Positions 17,200-25,920 of a stretch of 34,349 nucleotides of DNA are shown piece after piece. Position numbers and translations under genes: made by a program. How positions within the stretch are numbered: the first letter of the stretch is position 1; the number at the start of each line of letters is the position of its first letter. The DNA comes from Thiomargarita sp. (GTDB lineage Bacteria > Pseudomonadota > Gammaproteobacteria > Beggiatoales > Beggiatoaceae), in NCBI GenBank assembly GCA_030635005.1, contig DAOVZS010000001.1:1-34349 (forward strand). The letters are read 5' to 3'. Under the pieces are notes generated by a model, which saw only the letters and a list, made by a program, of their open reading frames with translations, had not been told where the DNA came from and ran no database searches.

Positions 17200-19827
17200 A
17201 TGTACACAGATCTCGAACTTTTTGATTTTCAACAATTTGAAGATGATTTAAAGACTGATATACCTATTCCTAAGGTATTTCGTAAAGCCTTAAAACAAGG
17301 ACATAACATACTTTTAAAACGTTTTCAGGCTCATAAAAATGTCACCAATTATGTGCTACAACGTGCTTGGTTAATCGATAAAATTGTCATAGAAGCTTGG
17401 GAACATCTATGTACATTTCCAGAATCTTATCAGATTTCTTTGATTGCCGTAGGGGGATATGGACGTGGAGAAATGCATCCACATTCTGATGTAGACTTAT
17501 TAATATTATCAGAATATCCACTAGATACTCAAAAAAAGCCTTGTATCGTCAATTTTTTGCAATTTTTGTGGGATTTACATCTTAAAGTTGGGCATAGTGT
17601 GCGTACTTTGCAAGAATGTGAAGAAAATGCTGCTGCTGATATTACGGTGATCACGAATTTGATTGAAGCCCGTTTGATTGCGGGTTCAAAATCTTTGTTT
17701 CAAAAGATGCAAGAAACGATCACACCTGATCGGATTTGGTCACATAAAGAGTTATTTACGGCTAAAATCGAAGAGCAAAGAAAACGTTATCTTAAATATC
17801 ATAATACGATTTCTAATCTAGAGCCTAATATTAAAGAAAGTCCAGGCGGTTTACGCGATATTCACATGATTGGCTGGGTAGCAAAACGCTATTTTAATGC
17901 GACTACTTTATATGATCTTGTACAAAATAGTTTTTTAACGAAAAAGGAATATCAAGTTTTAAGTAAAGCGCAGGAATTTGTTTGGGATATTCGATGTCGA
18001 TTACATCTGACGACACAACGAAATGAGGATCGTTTATTATTTGAATATCAACGCATACTCGCTCAGGAAATGGGTTATAAAGATGATGATGAAGGTTTAG
18101 CTATTGAAAAACTGATGAAACGCTATTATCGTACTGCTAAAAAGATAAGCACCCTTAATGGCATGCTCTTAAAATTGTTTCAAGAAGCTATTTTATATGC
18201 GGATGCACCAGCGACGGTATATGCTTTAAATAAACGTTTTCAAGTACATAATCATTTTATTGAAGTGACACAGGACAATGTTTTTGTCAATTATCCTTTT
18301 GCTTTATTAGAAATCTTTTTATTAATGCAAGAACATACTGATATTAAAGGGATACGTGCAACCACCATTCGTTTGATGATTCATTATAACTATTTGATTG
18401 ATAAGATTTTTTTGAAAGATTTACGGGCACAAAGTATTTTTATTGAAATTTTCCGTCAAGCACACGGATTAACACATGTATTAAGGCGTATGAATAGTTA
18501 TGGTATTCTTGAAACCTATATTCCTGCTTTTGGAAAAATTGTCGGACAAATGCAATATGATTTATTTCATGCCTATACTGTTGATCAACATACGCTTTTT
18601 GTAATCGGTAATTTAAGACGTTTGACGCAACCAGAATTTTCTCACGAATTTCCATTTTGTTCTAAACTCATCCAAACGATTCCTAAGCTTGAATTGCTGT
18701 ATTTGGCAGGTTTTTTTCATGATATTGCGAAAGGACGTGGGGGTAATCATTCAGAATTGGGGGAAAGCGATGTTTTTGATTTTTGTCAAACACATCATTT
18801 AAGTGACTATGATGCCCGTTTAGTGGGATGGTTAGTACGTCATCATTTACTGATTTCTACTACGGCACAACGTCAAGATCTTGATGATCCTGATGTTATT
18901 AACAGTTTTGCCGAAAAGATGGAAGATATTGTACATCTTGATTATTTATATTTGCTGACTGTCGCAGATATCAGAGCCACGAATCCTACTGCTTGGAATA
19001 AATGGAAAGAAGCCTTACTGACAACCCTTTATCATAAAAGCCATGCTATTTTACAAAATGGGAAAGGACAAGATAAACAAGTTCATATTAATGATATTCA
19101 AAGTAAAGCACGTAGTTTACTGAGTCCTTTAACAGGTTTTAATCGTTTATGGGAAGAATTAGGAGCAGAATATTTTTTATATTCTACGCCACAAGATGTG
19201 GCACATGAGACACAAGCTATTTTAAAACAAGATTTTCCGATTGTTTTAGAACGGGAAGCTGAGAAGGGCAGTACCCGATTTATCTTGATCACAAAAAATT
19301 GTGATTCTTTATTTTCTGCCACTACCTATTTTTTAGAACAACAGAATTTATCTATTGTGGATGCTTTTATTGTCTCTACGCAAAGTCAATATACGATCAG
19401 TGGTTATACTATTTTGGAAGAAAAGATACAATCAACACTGCGTATTCAAGATATTTTAAAAGGATTGAAACAAGCCCTGCTCACTGATCGCAATATGATA
19501 TTTAGTCCTATTCGTCGCTATATTCCTAAACAGTTAAAGCAATTTCCCTTATCTACCCGTATTACTTTTACACAAGATCATATTCATAACCATACGATTA
19601 TGGAATTAGTGGCAGGAGACTCACCTGGTTTATTATCTCGCGTGGCACAAGCCTTTGTGACTTCTCGTGTACGCCTTAAAAAAGCTAAAATTGCGACATT
19701 TAATTGTCATGTTGAAGATATTTTCTTTATGACTACTTATAATAATCATGCGTTGTATTCTGCCGAACAACTGGATGCATTACGTAAAAACTTATCTAAA
19801 TTGCTTGAAGAAGATACGGAAAAATGA
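17200..19827 (+). CDS. glnD: bifunctional [protein-PII] uridylyltransferase / uridylyl-removing enzyme
   Basis: NTase motif GGYGRGEMHPHSDVDLLIL, HD domain (FFHDIAKGRGG) and two C-terminal ACT domains. ATG at 17200 (the track starts at a TTG at 17194). Confidence 0.95.
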   Translation: MYTDLELFDFQQFEDDLKTDIPIPKVFRKALKQGHNILLKRFQAHKNVTNYVLQRAWLIDKIVIEAWEHLCTFPESYQISLIAVGGYGRGEMHPHSDVDLLILSEYPLDTQKKPCIVNFLQFLWDLHLKVGHSVRTLQECEENAAADITVITNLIEARLIAGSKSLFQKMQETITPDRIWSHKELFTAKIEEQRKRYLKYHNTISNLEPNIKESPGGLRDIHMIGWVAKRYFNATTLYDLVQNSFLTKKEYQVLSKAQEFVWDIRCRLHLTTQRNEDRLLFEYQRILAQEMGYKDDDEGLAIEKLMKRYYRTAKKISTLNGMLLKLFQEAILYADAPATVYALNKRFQVHNHFIEVTQDNVFVNYPFALLEIFLLMQEHTDIKGIRATTIRLMIHYNYLIDKIFLKDLRAQSIFIEIFRQAHGLTHVLRRMNSYGILETYIPAFGKIVGQMQYDLFHAYTVDQHTLFVIGNLRRLTQPEFSHEFPFCSKLIQTIPKLELLYLAGFFHDIAKGRGGNHSELGESDVFDFCQTHHLSDYDARLVGWLVRHHLLISTTAQRQDLDDPDVINSFAEKMEDIVHLDYLYLLTVADIRATNPTAWNKWKEALLTTLYHKSHAILQNGKGQDKQVHINDIQSKARSLLSPLTGFNRLWEELGAEYFLYSTPQDVAHETQAILKQDFPIVLEREAEKGSTRFILITKNCDSLFSATTYFLEQQNLSIVDAFIVSTQSQYTISGYTILEEKIQSTLRIQDILKGLKQALLTDRNMIFSPIRRYIPKQLKQFPLSTRITFTQDHIHNHTIMELVAGDSPGLLSRVAQAFVTSRVRLKKAKIATFNCHVEDIFFMTTYNNHALYSAEQLDALRKNLSKLLEEDTEK

Positions 19828-22041
19828 CTATTTATTCTTAAAAATATATACACCATTCCAATGTTCACCAGGAGAATGGGTCATAAAGTAAGTCAAACGT
19901 TTGATATACATGCGATATAACATACATTTAGGATATTGTGTTTGTAATGTCGTAAATTGTGCTTTTGCCATTTCCCAAGATTGTTGGCGATATTGAATCA
20001 GGGCTTGTGCATAATCTTCCAATTCACGTTTCATGGATTTTCCAACCTCTTCCACGCGCCCAATCGGTTCAAAAATAGACACTGGCTTTTCTTTTCCCTT
20101 TACTTTGACACAATCGAGTTCCCGATAGATATATTCAGGAACAGCATTTTTTGTTGTTTCGCTGACAATAATGGGGGTCCCATATTGTTTCGTGACCCCT
20201 TCTAAACGTGATCCTAAATTCACCGCATCACCTAATACTGTATAAGCAATACGAAATTGTGATCCCATATTACCAATATTCATGATACCCGTATTTAAAC
20301 CAATTCCAATTCTGAGTTCAGGCCATCCTTTTTCTTTAAATTCTGATTGCATTTTTTTTAAACGTTTTAACATGCCCATAGCAGCCTCTAAAGCATGGAA
20401 GGCATGCTGAGAATCGGGCAATGGTGCACCCCAGAAAGCCATGATCGCATCTCCCATATATTTATCAATAGTCCCCCGTTCTTGATGAATAACATGTGTC
20501 ATGGGCGTTAAATATTCATTCATTAATTGAGATAATTCTTTAGGATCAAAATTTTCAGAAATACTTGTGAAATCCCGTATATCTGAAAATAATACGGTCA
20601 TATATCGGCTTTCACCTTCCATGGTAAAGCGACAACCTGGATTATGACTCATTTCCTTGACCAATTCAGGGGGGATATATTGTCCAAATAAATCTGTCAA
20701 CTGGCGTTTATGACGAGATTCAACAATATAGCCATAAGACATATTAAAAATAAAAAGTACCAAAATTAATAAAAATGTGGTCGCAAAGGGTAAAACAATA
20801 TGCATATGATGCCAAATGATGAGATTAAGCAAAAATATAAATCCTAAAATAGTCAGTGTTCCAAAGGTCGCTAACCATGGTGACAGCAAGGGCAAGACAA
20901 TAATCATGACAATTGCAATGAAAATAACGAGAAACAATTCTAAATTAGGGATATAATCCGAATTTGCTTTTAAATTCTCATTTAATATGCCAGAAATGAG
21001 GTTAGCATGGAGTTCTACACTGGGATAATCTTTTTCAACTGGTGTGGCACGTGAATCTCGTAAACCTGCAGCACTCGTGCCAAATAAGACAATTTTATCT
21101 TTAAGATTCTCTTGAACACGTCCATATAAAACATCACTTGCAGAGACATACGTAAAAAATTTCTGACTTTTACCCCGATAAGGAATTAAGGTTTGAATGT
21201 GTTGATCTACAGGAATTTGCTTATCACCCACTTGTAAAATTCCTAAACTCTGCACAACATCTAACGTGATCTTTGGATTTCCTAAAGCCATACGGGTGAC
21301 TGCTAAAGAAAGAGATTCATAGAAGTGTCCCTGATAGCGATATAACATCGGTATGCGTCGTACAATACCATCAGAATCTGGAAAGACATCAAAATGTCCC
21401 GCACTTTTGGCATTATTTTGAAATAGGGATAAATTAGCCACAAAACCCTGTGCAGTCGCAGCCTCAAATATCAAATTTTGCGGTGTTTTAGTAATGATGG
21501 GCGTTGGAAGTTGACCTATTTGGGTATCGTTTTTACTAAAAGTATAGCCTAATATGATACGACGATGACGCAAGCTTTCAGAGAATTGCTGATCATAATT
21601 TAAGGTATTTTCAAGACTTTTTAAGATTTCTAAAAATTTAGGGGCATCTTTTAAAGCGTCTTGTGATAATAATTGTAATTTTTTTAATCCAGAACTTTCA
21701 TCGGATTCTGCAAATACCACATCCATACCCAACACATCAATATGATACGTATCAAATAACTGATCAATTAAGCCGGCAATCACAGCTCTATTCCAAGGCC
21801 AACGACCAATTTCATTCAAACTTTTTTCATCAATATCCAGAATAACAATTCTATTATCCAACGTTTGTGGTATAGAAGATTCTAGCCGAGTATCATAAAT
21901 TTCATATTCTAAAGCATTAATAAAATCCCATTCAACCACTTTAACCACATGAAGTACAAAAAATAATAAGATACTCACACTGAATAATAATCGTAACGCA
22001 TGATTATTAAAGAGATTTAAGAGTTTTGACAATTTTGACAT
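19828..22041 (-). CDS. CHASE2 sensor domain - class III adenylate/guanylate cyclase
   Basis: CHASE2 signature (VILDIDEKSLNEIGRWPWNR), a TM block, then the cyclase core VLFSDIRDFTSISE, DKYMGDAIMAFWGAP, GIGLNTG and LGDAVNLGSRLEG. Confidence 0.9.
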   Translation of the reverse strand: MSKLSKLLNLFNNHALRLLFSVSILLFFVLHVVKVVEWDFINALEYEIYDTRLESSIPQTLDNRIVILDIDEKSLNEIGRWPWNRAVIAGLIDQLFDTYHIDVLGMDVVFAESDESSGLKKLQLLSQDALKDAPKFLEILKSLENTLNYDQQFSESLRHRRIILGYTFSKNDTQIGQLPTPIITKTPQNLIFEAATAQGFVANLSLFQNNAKSAGHFDVFPDSDGIVRRIPMLYRYQGHFYESLSLAVTRMALGNPKITLDVVQSLGILQVGDKQIPVDQHIQTLIPYRGKSQKFFTYVSASDVLYGRVQENLKDKIVLFGTSAAGLRDSRATPVEKDYPSVELHANLISGILNENLKANSDYIPNLELFLVIFIAIVMIIVLPLLSPWLATFGTLTILGFIFLLNLIIWHHMHIVLPFATTFLLILVLFIFNMSYGYIVESRHKRQLTDLFGQYIPPELVKEMSHNPGCRFTMEGESRYMTVLFSDIRDFTSISENFDPKELSQLMNEYLTPMTHVIHQERGTIDKYMGDAIMAFWGAPLPDSQHAFHALEAAMGMLKRLKKMQSEFKEKGWPELRIGIGLNTGIMNIGNMGSQFRIAYTVLGDAVNLGSRLEGVTKQYGTPIIVSETTKNAVPEYIYRELDCVKVKGKEKPVSIFEPIGRVEEVGKSMKRELEDYAQALIQYRQQSWEMAKAQFTTLQTQYPKCMLYRMYIKRLTYFMTHSPGEHWNGVYIFKNK

Positions 22042-22050
22042 AATCGTATT

Positions 22051-22854
22051 TCAGTCATTTTGAAATAATTGAGTCAATGCTAAGCCTGGATCAAGTGCTG
22101 TCATAAAAGCTTCACCGACTAAAAATGTATGTACGCCAGCTTTACGCAATAAAGCGACATCCTGATGTGTCTGAATACCACTTTCGCTGACAACAATATG
22201 ATTTTTAGGTATCCATTTTAATAAATCCAAAGTATTGGATAGGTGAGTTGTAAACGTTCTTAAATTACGATTATTGATACCGATTAAAGGCATTTTCAAG
22301 TATAATGCCCGTTCTAATTCCTCATGATCATGCACTTCAATAAGCACATCCATATCCAAATGCGTTGCCAATTGGGCTAAATCTTGTAATTGAGCATCTC
22401 CTAAGGCTGCAACAATCAGTAAAATACAATCTGCACCCATAGCACGTGCTTCATACACCTGATACGCATCAATGATAAAATCTTTACGCAAAATGGGTAA
22501 AGAACAAGCCAATTGGGCTTGTTCTAAATATTCAGGCGCCCCTTGAAAAAAATCTTTATCTGTCAGCACAGAAAGACAGGTTGCCCCATGTTGTTCATAG
22601 CTTTTGGCGATTGCAATTGGATCGAAATGTGCTCTTAACACGCCTTTGCTGGGAGAAGCTTTTTTAATTTCAGCGATGACTGCTGGCTTTTTTTGCTGTA
22701 TTCGTGCTTCAATAGCGGCAATAAATCCTCTGGGTGGCGTACTTTGTGCAGCATGTTGACTTAAAAGGCGTATGGGTATTTTTTGAGAATGGGCCTGAAT
22801 TTCTGCACCTTTACGCTGAAGAATTTTTTTTAAAATATCGGGTGTTTTGCTCAT
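22051..22854 (-). CDS. trpC: indole-3-glycerol phosphate synthase
   Basis: ILKKILQRKGAEI, AVIAEIKKASPSKGVLR, CLSVLTDKDFFQG, LRKDFIID and GINNRNLRTF. Confidence 0.95.
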   Translation of the reverse strand: MSKTPDILKKILQRKGAEIQAHSQKIPIRLLSQHAAQSTPPRGFIAAIEARIQQKKPAVIAEIKKASPSKGVLRAHFDPIAIAKSYEQHGATCLSVLTDKDFFQGAPEYLEQAQLACSLPILRKDFIIDAYQVYEARAMGADCILLIVAALGDAQLQDLAQLATHLDMDVLIEVHDHEELERALYLKMPLIGINNRNLRTFTTHLSNTLDLLKWIPKNHIVVSESGIQTHQDVALLRKAGVHTFLVGEAFMTALDPGLALTQLFQND

Positions 22855-22858
22855 AATC

Positions 22859-23698
22859 CTATTTTACAGAATTCAGAAAATCCATGATATATGTCCAATA
22901 CATGTCTGACATGGAAATATTGTGATGATTAGTATTGGGTATCAGTTGTTGGTGTGTGACACCGCCCCATGCCTTAATCAGTGCTAGAGAATTCGAAGAA
23001 GGTATCACTGAATCATGTTGGGCTATTAAAGCAAAAAGGGGACTTTTTATGGAAGGTGCTAATGATATGACATCAAACGGATGTTTAAGAAGTAGAGACA
23101 CAGGTACATAGGGATATACTTTTTGAGCTAAATTTTGAATGCTATCGTACGGGGATACCAAAATGACTCCGCTTAATTTCGGTCTTTTTGAGGCCAAATA
23201 CACCGCTACTCCTGTCCCTAAACTCCGCCCAAATGCAACAATTCGATTGGCATTAATATCTGTTCTTTTGGAAAAAGTATCATACAGTAACACAGCATCA
23301 TTAAAAAAATTCTGTTCACTGGGTTCACCCTCACTTAAACCATATCCGCGATAATTGACCAACAGTAATGACCAATTGTTTAAATAATTGCTATCCCTTA
23401 TATGGCTGGATATTTCTTCTGAATTACCCCCAAAATATATTATTAAGGGTGCGGGTTGTTCAGAACCATTTTTTATATACCACCCTTGCAAACGAACATG
23501 ATCGGGCGTCATTATCTGGATTTCCTCAGTATGAGGATATGTATTTTGAATCCAAGATAATTGTGTATCCGCCATGTCTTGTTGAATAAAGAGTAATCTT
23601 TCTTGCGAAAAGTACAAGAAAGGATATAACAATGAAGGAATTGCGACAAAAACACCGATAATAATTCTTAAGACAGACTGTAGCATTTTTTTAATCAT
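22859..23698 (-). CDS. alpha/beta hydrolase (Bem46/ABHD13-like), N-terminal membrane anchor
   Basis: YFGGNSEE, NYRGYGLSEG and the nucleophile elbow GRSLGTG. ATG at 23698 gives a TAATG junction with tag. The track's longer start (23737) overlaps tag by 40 nt. Confidence 0.75.
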   Translation of the reverse strand: MIKKMLQSVLRIIIGVFVAIPSLLYPFLYFSQERLLFIQQDMADTQLSWIQNTYPHTEEIQIMTPDHVRLQGWYIKNGSEQPAPLIIYFGGNSEEISSHIRDSNYLNNWSLLLVNYRGYGLSEGEPSEQNFFNDAVLLYDTFSKRTDINANRIVAFGRSLGTGVAVYLASKRPKLSGVILVSPYDSIQNLAQKVYPYVPVSLLLKHPFDVISLAPSIKSPLFALIAQHDSVIPSSNSLALIKAWGGVTHQQLIPNTNHHNISMSDMYWTYIMDFLNSVK

Positions 23699-24270
23699 TA
23701 TTGACTCATCTTCTTTATTTTTTGATAACGAAAACACGTAATAATATGGTCATTCACCATCCCCACCGCTTGCATAAAAGCATAACACATGGTGGGTCCG
23801 ATAAATGTAAAGCCTCTCTTTTTTAAATCTTGGCTCATCAAATGAGAGATAGCTGTGTTCATTGGAATATCAGATGTCTTTTCCCAGATATTCTGCTGCG
23901 TTTTACTCGCAACGAATTGCCAAATATAAGTATCAAAACTGCCAAATTGTGCTTGCACTTCAAGAAAAGCTGCCGCATTCTTTTGAGCAGAATTGATTTT
24001 AAGCCTATTTCTAATGATATAAGGATTGGTACTTAATTCAAGCAATTTAGATTTTGAATAATAGGCAATTTTATCAGCCTCAAAATTATCATAAGCAATT
24101 CGATATCCTTGTCTTTTTTTGAGAATCGTCTCCCAACGTAAGCCTGCCTGTGCTGCTTCTAAAATCAGAAATTCAAAAAGCAGGCGATCATTATGAACTG
24201 GGATTCCCCATTCTTTATCATGATAGACTTGTTCAATCAGTGAGTTGTTAGCCCATTCACATCGTTTCAT
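23698..24270 (-). CDS. tag: DNA-3-methyladenine glycosylase I
   Basis: MKRCEWANNSLIEQVYHDKEWGIPVHNDRLLFEFLILEAAQAGLRWETIL and YAFMQAVGMVNDH are classical Tag motifs. Confidence 0.93.
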   Translation of the reverse strand: MKRCEWANNSLIEQVYHDKEWGIPVHNDRLLFEFLILEAAQAGLRWETILKKRQGYRIAYDNFEADKIAYYSKSKLLELSTNPYIIRNRLKINSAQKNAAAFLEVQAQFGSFDTYIWQFVASKTQQNIWEKTSDIPMNTAISHLMSQDLKKRGFTFIGPTMCYAFMQAVGMVNDHIITCFRYQKIKKMSQ

Positions 24271-24679
24271 TGTGAGGTATTAAGGTTTCTCCTTTTTGAA
24301 TACGTTGTAAATAATCTTGAATGGTGGTTATAAACGTGTATGTTTCAATAGGTTTGGTTAGATAATCGATTGCACCCAATTCATATCCTTTTTTCTTAAA
24401 TTCCTCAGATTTATACGCTGCTGTCAAAAATATAATAGGAATATGTTTTGTTTTCCGCCGAGAACGAATAAATTTAGCCGTTTCAAACCCATCCATTTGT
24501 GACATTTGAACATCCAGAAGAATTAAATCGACTTTTTCTTTCATGAGCACATTTAAAGCGATCACACCCGATTGCGCCTCAAACACTTTCACCTGTTGCA
24601 GCTCTTCTTCAAAAAGATGATGCAAATTTTTCAAATTCATTTTATTATCATCGACAATAAGTATACTTGAAGTAGGCAT
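24257..24679 (-). CDS. single-domain (CheY-like) response regulator
   Basis: ILIVDDNKMN, LILLDVQMSQMDGFE, IIFLTAAY and YLTKP. Close paralog of the REC domain of the gene immediately upstream. Confidence 0.88.
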   Translation of the reverse strand: MPTSSILIVDDNKMNLKNLHHLFEEELQQVKVFEAQSGVIALNVLMKEKVDLILLDVQMSQMDGFETAKFIRSRRKTKHIPIIFLTAAYKSEEFKKKGYELGAIDYLTKPIETYTFITTIQDYLQRIQKGETLIPHNETM

Positions 24680-24713
24680 TTTGAATAACTTCCTATTTTG
24701 TTGTGATATCGTG

Positions 24714-25439
24714 TTATTTTGAGATTAAAAGACACAATTCCCGTAATACTTTGGGTTCTAAGACATTCTCGATAAATTCTAACAATTCTTTACTCTCTCC
24801 GCTAATCTTTTCAATATCAGAGATATATTTGCTATCCCTTTCCCTCTTAATTTTGTCTTCAAGTGACTTACTAGATTTGATAATTACAGAGAGTGATGTT
24901 TGTAGCTCATCCATAATATCTTGAAGTGATTCATTAACCTCTGCAATTTTCGTGACTTCTTGAGCCGTCGCTTTTTTAATTTTTGGAGTAACCGCTGGGT
25001 TTGAAATAATAGGAGGGGGCGTTGCGACAGGAGCAGGCTGATGTCTTTGTTTGACAAAACGTAAATATGTATGCAGTTTACTGACTAATTTGTCAGGATC
25101 AATGGGTTTCGTCAAGTAATCCACCGCTCCTAGCTCATAACCTTTTTTCTTAAAGTCAGCGGATTTATAAGCAGCTGTCAAAAATACAATAGGAACATGT
25201 TGTGTTTTTGTACGTGATTGAATAATCTTAGCTGTTTCAAAACCATCCATTTGTGGCATTTGTATATCAAGAATAATCAAATCTACCTCTTGTTTCATGA
25301 GGATGCTTAACGCATTTAATCCTGAAAGAGATTCTACAACGTTTACATGTTCAAAATCTTCTTCAATAAGACTACGTAAACTCAACAGATTATTTTTATT
25401 GTCATCAACTATTAAGATAGTTACGGTACCTATTGACAT
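24714..25439 (-). CDS. response regulator receiver + Pro/Ala-rich linker + degenerate HisKA/DHp-like tail (His->Asp), no ATPase domain
   Basis: The REC domain has VDDNKNN, LIILDIQMPQMDGFE, VFLTAAY and YLTKP. The tail LQDIMDELQTSLSVIIKSSKSL....YISDIEKISGESKELLEFIENVLE aligns to the HisKA pattern (MSHELRTPL..IIG.S.LL....I..SG..LL.LINDILD) with D at the His position. Confidence 0.78.
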   Translation of the reverse strand: MSIGTVTILIVDDNKNNLLSLRSLIEEDFEHVNVVESLSGLNALSILMKQEVDLIILDIQMPQMDGFETAKIIQSRTKTQHVPIVFLTAAYKSADFKKKGYELGAVDYLTKPIDPDKLVSKLHTYLRFVKQRHQPAPVATPPPIISNPAVTPKIKKATAQEVTKIAEVNESLQDIMDELQTSLSVIIKSSKSLEDKIKRERDSKYISDIEKISGESKELLEFIENVLEPKVLRELCLLISK

Positions 25440-25552
25440 TTTTAGCTCCTATTTTTTAATTTTGTGTAGTATAACACTGATCTCATGAGTTTTAAAGAGG
25501 ATGTCATAAAATTAACACTTTATAATATAACAAATTGATGATGCATAAAAAC

Positions 25553-25580
25553 TTGACATTATGTTTTAGAAGTCTACAAT
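25553..25580 (+). promoter_or_regulatory. candidate sigma70 promoter for fccAB
   Basis: TTGACA (25553-25558), 16-nt spacer, TACAAT (25575-25580), about 33 nt upstream of the fccA ATG. A purine-rich RBS (GAAGAGAAAG) precedes the start. Confidence 0.5.
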
Positions 25581-25613
25581 CTAATTAACATCATTAACAA
25601 GAAGAGAAAGATT

Positions 25614-25907
25614 ATGAAAATATTTGCTTTCATCAGTATCTTATTGTTACCCGTCATTACACAAGCAGAAATGCCTATTACACGTGGCAGTATGCTTGCG
25701 TTATCTTGTACAGGATGCCATGGCACTAATGGCAAAAGTCCTGGCGCTATTCCCACCATTGCTGGAAAATCAGCTGGCTATCTGATAACTATTATGAAAG
25801 ATTTTCGTGATAATAGGATTTTTTCCACTGTCATGGGACGACAGGCTAAAGGCTATACAGATGAAGAAATCACATTGATCGCCGAATATTTAACGACTTA
25901 TAAATAA
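25614..25907 (+). CDS. fccA: monoheme cytochrome c, probable flavocytochrome c sulfide dehydrogenase cytochrome subunit
   Basis: Signal peptide [19 protein letters not shown] single CxxCH (CTGCH). Lies immediately upstream of the FCSD flavoprotein gene. Confidence 0.72.
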   Translation: MKIFAFISILLLPVITQAEMPITRGSMLALSCTGCHGTNGKSPGAIPTIAGKSAGYLITIMKDFRDNRIFSTVMGRQAKGYTDEEITLIAEYLTTYK

Positions 25908-25920
25908 GAGGAATTGATAC

